In this document: piece by piece, positions 18,744-27,225 of the stretch | Layout of the letters: each line of letters opens with the position of its first letter | How positions within the stretch are numbered: the first letter of the stretch is position 1 | Assembly: GCA_963846325.1 (NCBI GenBank) | Contig: CAWJVO010000009.1 | Location: 47,205 to 111,204, forward strand | DNA length: 64,000 bases | Reading direction: 5' to 3' | DNA from: an uncultured bacterium | GTDB lineage: Bacteria > Krumholzibacteriota > Krumholzibacteriia > Krumholzibacteriales > Krumholzibacteriaceae | Made by a program: the position numbers and the translations under genes | Notes under the pieces: model-generated | The model's input: only the letters and a program-made list of their open reading frames with translations | Databases searched by the model: none | Told to the model about the DNA's origin: nothing

Positions 18744-19391
18744 ATGAGGCAGGGATCTGGAAAGCCCCTATCGATCAGGAGCAGCCGAAGGCACTGGGCG
18801 ATCATCATCGCATCCGCCGTCCTCCTTCATGCGGTGTTCCTTTTCCTTTTTCAACCCCGGTATCTCGAGGTTTTCAGGACGGAGCTTCCGCCCGGAGAGG
18901 AGGGCACCGATCGCTATCCGCTCCTCGACAATCCGTTCCGGGTCCTCTCTCTATCGGTGGAGCCGCGGCCGGCCGCGGCGGTCACCGCCAAGGAGGCGTC
19001 GGATAACGCCGAATCCGCGGAAGACGCGGCCCGCTTCGAGGCCCTCGGAGAGCCGCAATCCGAGATGCTGCCGATCAGCGGAGGAGGAGGGGGCGGCGGC
19101 GGAACGCGGGGATCGCGAAACGCCACGGTCGAGCCGAAGCCGCTCTACATCCCGTGGCCGAAGTATCCGGCCGGGCTCAAGAAGCTGCCCGAGGGAAGGG
19201 TCGAGCTCATGCTCCTTATAAACGAAAAGGGGGAAGTCGATGACGTCAAGGTCACTCGAACACTCCCCCTTGAAGAACTCAATCGAATCGCCGTCGAGGC
19301 CGCCCGCAGGATCCGCTTCACCCCCGGCACGGAGCAGGGAGTGCGGAAGCCGATGTGGGTCCGCCTCGCTATCGGCTTCCAGCCTCGCTAG
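18744..19391 (+). CDS. TonB-like energy transducer (C-terminal TonB domain)
   Basis: It has an N-terminal TM helix (WAIIIASAVLLHAVFLFLF), a Gly8 linker and a C-terminal segment PKPLYIPWPKYPAGLKKLPEGRVELMLLINEKGEV. Confidence 0.75.
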   Translation: MRQGSGKPLSIRSSRRHWAIIIASAVLLHAVFLFLFQPRYLEVFRTELPPGEEGTDRYPLLDNPFRVLSLSVEPRPAAAVTAKEASDNAESAEDAARFEALGEPQSEMLPISGGGGGGGGTRGSRNATVEPKPLYIPWPKYPAGLKKLPEGRVELMLLINEKGEVDDVKVTRTLPLEELNRIAVEAARRIRFTPGTEQGVRKPMWVRLAIGFQPR

Positions 19392-19400
19392 AACCGACGC

Positions 19401-20081
19401 CTACCTGAACATCGACTTGATGGCCGTCCACGACGTTTCGCGGGTGCCGATCTGGCAATTCTGCAGGTTGAGGAAGCAGCTTCCCTCAACGTATTCGTCG
19501 GCCCAGTTCGCGGGATCCGTATTCTGGATAGAACCGTTGAAGGTTCCGTCCCCGCAGTAGCCGGCGAAGATGCCCGATCCGTATTTCATGATTATCAGGT
19601 TTCCCGAATACACGGCGAACATTCTCTCGTCGATATCGAGAACACCGTCCTGATCCCAGTCCGTGTAGGTCACGACGACGACGAGCGTGCCGCCCATCGT
19701 GCCGTTCGTCGCATGATCGACTTCCCACACCGGCTTCGTGCCGCATGACGCCTCGTCGAACACGATCGTCCAGCTGAAGGAATTGGCGTCGTATGTCGCG
19801 AAATTGTCGAACAGATAATCCCAGCGGGCCTGCGGATCCGACGGAGCGGGCCAGGTCGAATCGTCGATCCTGATCCACCAATCCGCGCCGAGAACGAGCG
19901 GATCTCCCGCATAGATGACGCCTTCATACACGGGAAGCGAGTTGATCATCGCGTTGCCCATGCCGTCGAATTCGAACTGAACCGTGAGTGCTTCGGGCAG
20001 CTGCGCGGAGGCGCACACGGGCGAGATCACGACCCCCGCAAGGAGGAAGAGGCCTATAATCATGTTCCCTTTCATTATCAT
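19401..20081 (-). CDS. Secreted hypothetical protein, family 1, with C-terminal ...TSWTAIKSMFR tag
   Basis: The start was chosen at MIMKGNMIIGLFLLAGVVISPVCASA (AAGGA lies 6 nt upstream), which removes the apparent overlap with the upstream paralog. The two share SGNL..(5)YG.G.F...CG.G.F.G. Confidence 0.7.
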   Translation of the reverse strand: MIMKGNMIIGLFLLAGVVISPVCASAQLPEALTVQFEFDGMGNAMINSLPVYEGVIYAGDPLVLGADWWIRIDDSTWPAPSDPQARWDYLFDNFATYDANSFSWTIVFDEASCGTKPVWEVDHATNGTMGGTLVVVVTYTDWDQDGVLDIDERMFAVYSGNLIIMKYGSGIFAGYCGDGTFNGSIQNTDPANWADEYVEGSCFLNLQNCQIGTRETSWTAIKSMFR

Positions 20082-20109
20082 ACACATCCTTTCGGCTTTA
20101 CCGGATCCC

Positions 20110-20814
20110 CTAGCGATAAATGGACTTGATGGTCCCCCAGCTGCTCGACTCGACGCCGACCGTACAGCCGCCATCCTTCATGTAAAGCCTTCCGGAAGGC
20201 AAAGAAGGCGAAGGAACGTACAGTTCCTCTTCCATCGTTCCGGCATTCACGACGTTCAATGTCCCCGAGAAGCTCCCCGTGCCGCAGAAATTCCTGAAAC
20301 AGCCCCCGCCGTAGTTGATATATGCTACCAGGTTGCCGGAGATTACTTTCGCCGCGTATTCGCTCTCTTCCATAACGGCGTTCGCGTTGAGATCCTTGAT
20401 CGTTATCGTGATCTGGGTGCAGCTGCCCCCCACGGTATCTCCCGCGGCCGTAAAGAACCGCCATATCGGCATCGGTTCGCCGGAGCCGCTCGGCGGGAAA
20501 TAGCCGTCCCAGCTCTCGCCGCCGACCGTCGAATCGTAGTGGAAATAATGCGAAATGACGTAGTCCAGCCGCTCGTTCTGCGGAGTCCCGGGATTGTCCG
20601 TCGGCCAACCGGCATCGTTGAAAATGAACCAGAATGTGCCCGGGAACAACGTCCCGCCGGTGATTTGCCCGGCGAACGCAGGCGGATCCGCCATAAAGGA
20701 TCCTGTGCCGTCCAGAGAAAATCGCTCGGTTCTGAAGGTTATCGCAGAAACGCTCGCGACGGCGAAGACCAGGATGCAAAGCACGGCTATGCCTAGCAGT
20801 AGCTTTCTGTTCAA
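20110..20814 (-). CDS. Secreted hypothetical protein, family 1 paralog, with C-terminal ...SSWGTIKSIYR tag
   Basis: A TTG start lies 5 nt after AAGGAGG. The signal peptide is (M)NRKLLLGIAVLCILVFAVASVSA. Confidence 0.7.
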   Translation of the reverse strand: MNRKLLLGIAVLCILVFAVASVSAITFRTERFSLDGTGSFMADPPAFAGQITGGTLFPGTFWFIFNDAGWPTDNPGTPQNERLDYVISHYFHYDSTVGGESWDGYFPPSGSGEPMPIWRFFTAAGDTVGGSCTQITITIKDLNANAVMEESEYAAKVISGNLVAYINYGGGCFRNFCGTGSFSGTLNVVNAGTMEEELYVPSPSLPSGRLYMKDGGCTVGVESSSWGTIKSIYR

Positions 20815-20868
20815 GACCCCCTCCTTCTTCTGAGAGATCCAGCAACGGTTGAGTGATAATCAGGCCGT

Positions 20869-20879
20869 ATTATATCACA
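20869..20879 (-). promoter_or_regulatory. Extended -10 element TGTGATATAAT
   Basis: The minus strand reads TTTGTGATATAATACGG, about 55 nt upstream of the 20814 start. This is the identical 11-mer found at 13384. Confidence 0.4.
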
Positions 20880-20952
20880 AACCCCTTCTTCTTGAAAACA
20901 ATTTTTTGGAACAAGAAGCTGCTTTTCGACCCGCGCGGATCGCCCGGTCGAA

Positions 20953-21723
20953 TCACCAAACCTCGCGTCTCGCATAAACGTCGTATATCCTCAGCGAGTA
21001 ATCGGCGAATTCGCCGACGATCTCCGGAATCCCGTCGTTGTTCATGTCGAACAGCATCATGCGATCGCCGAAAGGCTTCTCCCAGGTGAGCTCGACGTTA
21101 TAGAACCGGGAATCGATGATGATTCCGCTGTTGAGAACGATCTCCATCTGCGGATCCTTGTCGACGTTGCCGACGAGGATCTCCGCGGCGTCGAAGCTCT
21201 GCTGGCTCGCCCATTGATTGCTCTTGCTCATGCCGTCCACGATATGAAGACGCCCGTCGGCTATGAATACGAACTCGAGCTGGGGATCCCCGTCGACGTC
21301 GGCGATCTCCATCGCCATGATGGATGAGTAATTATCCTCGAGATTCTCCCAGAGATTCTGGTACGTCTCCGTGCTGTAAACGAGAATGCGGCCGCTCACC
21401 GTCGCGACGATTATCTCCGGAATGCCGTCGACGTCCAGGTCCCGAACGAAGAACTTCCTTATCTTGACCCCCAGGTTCGTCAGCTCCCACTCGAGCTTCC
21501 ATCCCTTGGGCGTCGCCCTGAGGACGTGGAGCTTGCCGTACGTATCGGCGTAGATGAGCCCCCAGCCCCCGAGGGTGTCAAGCGGGATCACCTGGGCGAA
21601 CGGGAACCTGCAGAATACTTCCTGCATCATGTAGCATTCGGGGTCCTCGCCGCCGCCCGAACGCGCCTCCGACGAGGCGAGCGCGAGCATCGAAACCAGA
21701 AGCACGATCATCGTCATTCTCAT
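20953..21723 (-). CDS. Secreted FG-GAP/VCBS-like repeat protein
   Basis: The signal peptide is MRMTMIVLLVSMLALASSEA. Repeated D.D.DG.PEI / DVDGDPQLE / NVDKDPQMEI / DMNNDGIPEI calcium-type propeller motifs follow. Confidence 0.7.
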   Translation of the reverse strand: MRMTMIVLLVSMLALASSEARSGGGEDPECYMMQEVFCRFPFAQVIPLDTLGGWGLIYADTYGKLHVLRATPKGWKLEWELTNLGVKIRKFFVRDLDVDGIPEIIVATVSGRILVYSTETYQNLWENLEDNYSSIMAMEIADVDGDPQLEFVFIADGRLHIVDGMSKSNQWASQQSFDAAEILVGNVDKDPQMEIVLNSGIIIDSRFYNVELTWEKPFGDRMMLFDMNNDGIPEIVGEFADYSLRIYDVYARREVW

Positions 21724-21743
21724 GATCCCTCGATCAGCTCCTT

Positions 21744-23471
21744 TCAACGCGAACCGGGCTCCGCGGGCTCGACGCCCCCGGCCGCCCCGTCACCCCTCGG
21801 GTCGCTCATCCCGCATGCGGCCGGGCCTCTCGCCTCGATCGCCTGCGCGTCGCCGATCGGCGACGATCGATCCTCTATCCGATGCCCCTTCTCCATGAGA
21901 CTCCGCCTGAGGTACATGCCGAAAGCCCCGCGCTCGGCGCTGATATGATCGGGGAGCCACTGGTGATGGAAGCGCGGCGCCGCGACGGCCGCTTCGAGAC
22001 TCATGTCGAAATCGAGCATATCGACCAAGATCTGCGCGATCGTCGTTATGATCGTGGCGCCTCCCGGCGATCCGAGGACGAGAAACACCTTTCCGTCCCG
22101 GAGCGCGATCGTCGGCGCCATCGAGCTCAGCATGCGCTTCCCCGGCGCGATGGCGTTGGCCTCGCTCCCGACCAGCCCGTACAGGTTCGGATGCCCGGGC
22201 TTTATGGAGAAATCGTCCATTTCGTTGTTGAGAAGAAATCCGGCGCCGCGCACCACCACTTTCGATCCGAAGCTGTCGTTGAGAGTATATGTCACGGCGA
22301 CGGCCGAGCCCTTTCCGTCGACGATGCTGTAATGAGTCGTTTCACGTTTCTCCCGGCTCTCCCCGAGGGGCGCGCAAAGCTCCGTTGAAGGGGTTGCCCG
22401 CGGCGTGATCGCACTTCTCAAGCCAGACGCGTAATCCTTTGATGTCAAACGCGCTACTGGATTGTCCGCATAGGCGGGGTCTCCGAGATATTGAGCCCGG
22501 TCCGCGTACGCTCTTCTCTCGGCCTCGACCATATAATGGATCGCCTGGCCGGACATGAAACCCATGCCGCGGAGATCGTAGCCCTCGAGAATATTGAGGA
22601 TTTCGAGGAGCACCGTCCCTCCCGAGCTCGGAGGCGGCGCCGACAGGATCTCGCATCCGCGATAGCTGCCCTTCAGCGGCTCTCTGAGACGGGGCTCGTA
22701 TCCGGCGAGATCCTCTCGAGAAATAATCCCGCCGCTCAGACGCATCTCTTCGACGACGCTTCCGGCGATCGCTCCCCTGTAGAACGCCTCCGGCCCCTCG
22801 TCGGCGATGCGCCGGAGCGTGACGGCGAGGATCGGCTGCCTGAGCGTGTCTCCGGCGGCGAGCGGGGCCCCGTCGCCCTTCATATACTGCAGAAGCCCGG
22901 GGAAACGTTCCTTGTATTCCTGGAGATCCCCGAGCGAGGACGCGAGCTTCGCGCTCACCGGAAAACCGTCCCGGGCGAGCGAGATCGCCGGCTCTACCAG
23001 CTCGCTCCATGGAAGCGAGCCATGCAGCTCGTGCGCCTTGTGCAAGCCCGCGACGGTGCCCGGTACTCCCGCCGCCAACGCGCCGATCGTGCTGAGCCCG
23101 TCGATCACGTTCCCGAGCGAATCGAGGTACATGTCGCGGGAGGCGCCGAGCGGCGCCGTTTCGCGGAAATCGATGAAAGAGGATTCTCCCGAATCGAGAC
23201 GAAGGAGCATGAATCCGCCGCCGCCGAGATTTCCCGCCTGCGGATAGGTCACGGCGAGAGCGAAACCGACCGCCACGGCGGCGTCGATCGCGTTGCCTCC
23301 GCGCTTCAGGATCTCGACGCCGACCGCCGTAGCCGGAGGGCTCGCGGTGACGACGGTTCCTCCGCGAGCGCATGCCTCGACGCTCTCTCTGGCCGTCGCC
23401 GAAGCACCGGCGAGGAGCATCGCGGCGATGCCGACGAGCGCAATTCTCGCGATGAACGATCGATCTGCCAT
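21744..23471 (-). CDS. ggt: Gamma-glutamyltranspeptidase
   Basis: The 575-aa protein has a signal peptide, the autoprocessing site ...RETTHYSIVD and GGATIITT. Confidence 0.95.
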   Translation of the reverse strand: MADRSFIARIALVGIAAMLLAGASATARESVEACARGGTVVTASPPATAVGVEILKRGGNAIDAAVAVGFALAVTYPQAGNLGGGGFMLLRLDSGESSFIDFRETAPLGASRDMYLDSLGNVIDGLSTIGALAAGVPGTVAGLHKAHELHGSLPWSELVEPAISLARDGFPVSAKLASSLGDLQEYKERFPGLLQYMKGDGAPLAAGDTLRQPILAVTLRRIADEGPEAFYRGAIAGSVVEEMRLSGGIISREDLAGYEPRLREPLKGSYRGCEILSAPPPSSGGTVLLEILNILEGYDLRGMGFMSGQAIHYMVEAERRAYADRAQYLGDPAYADNPVARLTSKDYASGLRSAITPRATPSTELCAPLGESREKRETTHYSIVDGKGSAVAVTYTLNDSFGSKVVVRGAGFLLNNEMDDFSIKPGHPNLYGLVGSEANAIAPGKRMLSSMAPTIALRDGKVFLVLGSPGGATIITTIAQILVDMLDFDMSLEAAVAAPRFHHQWLPDHISAERGAFGMYLRRSLMEKGHRIEDRSSPIGDAQAIEARGPAACGMSDPRGDGAAGGVEPAEPGSR

Positions 23472-23513
23472 GGCCCCCTCGCGCCGCGCGCTGCTTGGAA
23501 ATACGTATTTTGC

Positions 23514-23522
23514 ATTATATCA
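23514..23522 (-). promoter_or_regulatory. Extended -10 element TGATATAAT
   Basis: The minus strand reads CTGATATAATGC, about 43 nt upstream of the ggt ATG. Confidence 0.35.
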
Positions 23523-23630
23523 GGCGAATAGCCCTTTGTAAACGCCGAAATCTCTTTGAATCGCCTTGATTAAGCGACGCCGTTTATCTAGAATGCTCCC
23601 GGGTTCCGATCATGAAAAGGCGGTAAGATC

Positions 23631-25220
23631 ATGAAGTTTCGCTTGTGCGCCCTCTGCGTGCTCATGCTGATATCGTCGGCTGCCGTCGCCACTCCCGGCG
23701 ACATTTCGAAAAAGACGGCGCTGGCCCTTCATCATCCCACAGGCGTCGCATGGGACGGACGGAACGCGTGGGTCGCCGACAGGAAAACGGACATGTTCTA
23801 CAAGATCGATGTCGAGAGCGGCGCGGTTCTCGACTCGACGCAATCGCCCGGGTACTTTCCCTCGGGCCTCGCATGGGACGGCAAGCTCCTCTGGAGCACC
23901 GATCCCACCGACGCGAAGATCTACGCGACCGACGTCTCTTCCGGAAAAACCGTCATCGCCATCGACGCGCCCGCCGCCGGCCCCATGGGCATCGCCTGGG
24001 AGGGAAAGTCCCTCTGGGTGTGCGACAACGCCGAGAAAAAGATCTCCCGGATCGATCCGAGCGACGGCACGACCATCACTTCGTTCAAATCGCCCGCGAC
24101 CGATCCCCGGGGCATCGTTTTCGGCGGGGGCTACCTCTGGTGCTCCGACCGGTTGAAGGACCAGATCTACGGCGTCGATCCGGGAACCGGCGACGTCGTG
24201 ATCATTCTCGACGCGCCGGGGAGATTCTGCTGGGGACTCGCCTGGAAGGACGGGCGGCTTCTCGTCGTCGATTACCAGAGCGACGCGCTTTTCGAGATAG
24301 TCGTCAAGGACGATCACGCGTACAAGACATACGACGCGAGGCGCGCCGCGATCGATTTCACGAACGAAGCGGTGATTTCGGGCGACGGAGAAGTCGTCTC
24401 CCTCGACATCAACTGCGCCGTCCCCGCCGACAGGCCGAACCAGAAGATTCTCGGGCCGATCGTTTATTCTCCGCAGCCGGCGCGTTTCGCGAAGGATCGC
24501 TGGGGACAGGAAATCGCCGTTTTCCGTTTCGAGGGTCTCAAACCGCCGCGCGCGGTCGAAGCCTCGATGAAGGTCGCGCTCGAAACATCCGCGATCCGCT
24601 ATTTCGTATACCCCGAAGACGTCGGATCCGACATACCCGCCGATATCAAGAAGCTCTACCTCGCGGACGAGATCAAGTATGACATCGCGAATCCATACAT
24701 CCAGAAGATCGTGCGGGACGTCGTCGGCTCCGAGACGAACGTCTACTGGAAGGCGCGAAAGCTCTTCAAGCACCTCATCGGAAGCATGGAGTACCTGATG
24801 GTCGGCGGTTGGAACACCGCGCCGACCGTGCTCGAGCGCGGCACCGGATCGTGTTCCGAGTATTCGTTCAGCTACATCGCGCTCTGCAGGGCCGCGGGCG
24901 TTCCCGCGCGGTACGTCGGCGCCCTCGTCGTCCGCGGCGACGACGCGAGCTACGACGACGTTTTCCATCGCTGGTGCGAGATATACTTGCCGGGTTACGG
25001 CTGGGTCCCGGTGGACGCCAACGCCGGCGATCGCGAGCTTCCCGCGGATCAGGCCGCGGCCTTCGGCGGCATCGCGAACCGCTTCCTCGTCACGACCGCG
25101 GGAGGCGGCGGCTCCGAGTATCTCGACTGGAACTACAACGCCCAGGGCACGTGGGTGACGACCGGCAAATGCCGTGTGAAGCTGGAAAGCGTCGCCGAAT
25201 GGGAGCCTGCGGGAAAATAG
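23631..25220 (+). CDS. Secreted beta-propeller + transglutaminase-like (Cys-His-Asp) protein
   Basis: It has a signal peptide and repeated G(L/I)AW(D/E)GK.LW blades. The transglutaminase core follows: GTGSCSEYS...FHRWCEIYLPGYGWVPVDAN. Confidence 0.8.
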   Translation: MKFRLCALCVLMLISSAAVATPGDISKKTALALHHPTGVAWDGRNAWVADRKTDMFYKIDVESGAVLDSTQSPGYFPSGLAWDGKLLWSTDPTDAKIYATDVSSGKTVIAIDAPAAGPMGIAWEGKSLWVCDNAEKKISRIDPSDGTTITSFKSPATDPRGIVFGGGYLWCSDRLKDQIYGVDPGTGDVVIILDAPGRFCWGLAWKDGRLLVVDYQSDALFEIVVKDDHAYKTYDARRAAIDFTNEAVISGDGEVVSLDINCAVPADRPNQKILGPIVYSPQPARFAKDRWGQEIAVFRFEGLKPPRAVEASMKVALETSAIRYFVYPEDVGSDIPADIKKLYLADEIKYDIANPYIQKIVRDVVGSETNVYWKARKLFKHLIGSMEYLMVGGWNTAPTVLERGTGSCSEYSFSYIALCRAAGVPARYVGALVVRGDDASYDDVFHRWCEIYLPGYGWVPVDANAGDRELPADQAAAFGGIANRFLVTTAGGGGSEYLDWNYNAQGTWVTTGKCRVKLESVAEWEPAGK

Positions 25221-25270
25221 GAACCCGCGGTCGATAGCTGCAAGGTCGGATTGCCCGACGCCGGGAGCGC

Positions 25271-26725
25271 TCAGCCTTTGACGCACACCATCGGCGTGAG
25301 CCGGACGACGCGCCTGTTGACGCCGGCCCCCTCCATGATCGCGACGACGTTCTCCACGTCCTTGTAGGCGCCCGGAGCCTCCTCGGCGAGACCCGGCTTG
25401 CTGTGGACGCGGACGACGATTCCCCGCGCGGCGAGATCGGCGATGATCCGTTCCCCTCGATACTCTCTGAGGGCCTGCTTCCTGGAAGCCCGCCTGCCCG
25501 CTCCGTGTATGGCGCTCCCGAACGTCTCCTCCATGCCCTTCCCGGTCCCGATGAGAACGTACGAGAAGGTCCCCATCGTCCCCCCGACGAGAACGGGCTG
25601 ACCGATCTCGCGATAGCGCGCGGGGAGCCCCGCGCTTCCGGGACCGAAGGCCCGCGTGGCGCCTTTGCGGTGAATGAGGAGATCGGTCTCGACGCCGTCC
25701 AGAACGTGGCGCTCGAACTTGAGATTGTTGTGGCCGACCTCATACATCGTCCTGACGCGCGTGCCATCGGCGCCGAAGACCTCCTTGAACGCCTTTCGCA
25801 CGAGGTGCGCGATCGCCTGCCTGTTGGCGAAGGCGCAGTTGATCCCCGACTTCACCGCCGCTATGTAGCGCTTCCCTTCGGGGCTCTTGATCGGGGCCGC
25901 GATGAGCTCGGATTCGCGAATCGGGATTTTGTACTTTTCGCTCGCCTTTCGCAGAACCGACTGGTAATCGGTGCCGATCTGATGGCCGAGCGCCCGACTC
26001 CCCGTGTGAATGCTCACGACGACGGTTCCGGCGGCGAGCCCGAACGCCTCGGCCGCTTTTCCGTCGTACACCGTATCGACGAATTGCACCTCGAGGTAGT
26101 GATTCCCCGAGCCGAGCGTGCCGACCTGCTTGAACTGGCGCTCTTTCGCCGTGGCGCTCACGCATGACGGATCGGCGCCCGCCACCATCCCCCCCTCCTC
26201 CACGTAGGCGAGATCCTCCGCCGACTCCAGGCCGCGATCGATGACGAAGCGCGCGCCGCGCAGAAGCACCTGATCGATCTCCTTCGCCGAGAGCTTCAGC
26301 GAGCCGGTCGAGCCGATGCCGGCGGGGACGATCCTGAAGAGCGCGTCCGCGAGCTCCTTCTTCCGCGCCTCGACGTCCTTTTTCGAAACGCCCGCGATCA
26401 TCGTCCGCACGCCGCAGTTGATATCGAATCCGACGCCGGCTATCGTCACGACCCCGGTGTCGAGATCGAAGGCGCCGACCCCGCCGATCGGAAATCCGTA
26501 TCCGGGATGGATGTCCGCCATCGCGAGAGAGGCTTTCCGGATCCCCGGGAGGCAGGCGACGTTCCGCACCTGGAGAAGAGCGTCCCACTCCCTGCTCTTT
26601 CCCTCGGACAGGAGAAATTGGATCGATTTCTCGTCGGCGTATATCCGCCCCGGGACGTTCATCTCCCCCGATTTCGGGATTTCCCAAAGGAAATCGTGGA
26701 CCTTTCGCACTTCGACTCGAGCCAT
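25271..26725 (-). CDS. rtcB: RNA-splicing ligase RtcB
   Basis: The 484-aa protein has DIHPGYG, GSGNHYLEVQ and HRKGATRAF. Confidence 0.95.
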   Translation of the reverse strand: MARVEVRKVHDFLWEIPKSGEMNVPGRIYADEKSIQFLLSEGKSREWDALLQVRNVACLPGIRKASLAMADIHPGYGFPIGGVGAFDLDTGVVTIAGVGFDINCGVRTMIAGVSKKDVEARKKELADALFRIVPAGIGSTGSLKLSAKEIDQVLLRGARFVIDRGLESAEDLAYVEEGGMVAGADPSCVSATAKERQFKQVGTLGSGNHYLEVQFVDTVYDGKAAEAFGLAAGTVVVSIHTGSRALGHQIGTDYQSVLRKASEKYKIPIRESELIAAPIKSPEGKRYIAAVKSGINCAFANRQAIAHLVRKAFKEVFGADGTRVRTMYEVGHNNLKFERHVLDGVETDLLIHRKGATRAFGPGSAGLPARYREIGQPVLVGGTMGTFSYVLIGTGKGMEETFGSAIHGAGRRASRKQALREYRGERIIADLAARGIVVRVHSKPGLAEEAPGAYKDVENVVAIMEGAGVNRRVVRLTPMVCVKG

Positions 26726-26736
26726 GAATCAGCTCC

Positions 26737-27177
26737 CTAGAGATCGACCACGCATTGCGCGACCCAATCGCCCGGCTCCGATTCCAGCACCGACGCTCCG
26801 CAATAGGTAGCGGCTTTTACTTCGATACGAAGCCGGTCGCGCGCCTCCGCGAGCGGAACGCCCTCGAGCGCGGCATCGAGAGACCACGTCCCGTCGGATA
26901 CCTTCTCGATCCTCGTTATGGATGCGCGGAGATATATCGTACCCGAGAGATCCGCGCCGGACAGCAAACCATTCAAGAATTCGATGAAAAGCTCCGTGAG
27001 ATCTGTTCCTTTCCGCGAGAGCGTCGCGCGCCTCGTGGATTCGAGCCCTCGCACGTCCGCCATGAGCTCGAACATGGCGGCGGCGGCTTCCTCGAAGGCC
27101 TCCGCCGGCGTTCCCCCCCACCCGCGGATCCCCATGTCCGCCGTATGATCGATCGTTTCATGTCCGCGGCACGGCAT
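26737..27177 (-). CDS. Archease (RtcB activator)
   Basis: The N-terminal motif is ETIDHTADMGIRGWG. The 146-aa gene lies 11 nt upstream of rtcB. Confidence 0.85.
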   Translation of the reverse strand: MPCRGHETIDHTADMGIRGWGGTPAEAFEEAAAAMFELMADVRGLESTRRATLSRKGTDLTELFIEFLNGLLSGADLSGTIYLRASITRIEKVSDGTWSLDAALEGVPLAEARDRLRIEVKAATYCGASVLESEPGDWVAQCVVDL

Positions 27178-27225
27178 GCTTCGTCACCTGTTTCGCGGGC
27201 GATTCGACGGGCCATGAGCGCGTTC

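Noticed and set aside
19080-19103. A GGN simple repeat (ggaggaggagggggcggcggcgga)
   Set aside because: It encodes a Gly8 linker inside the TonB-like protein. It is not a microsatellite locus or a CRISPR-like repeat.
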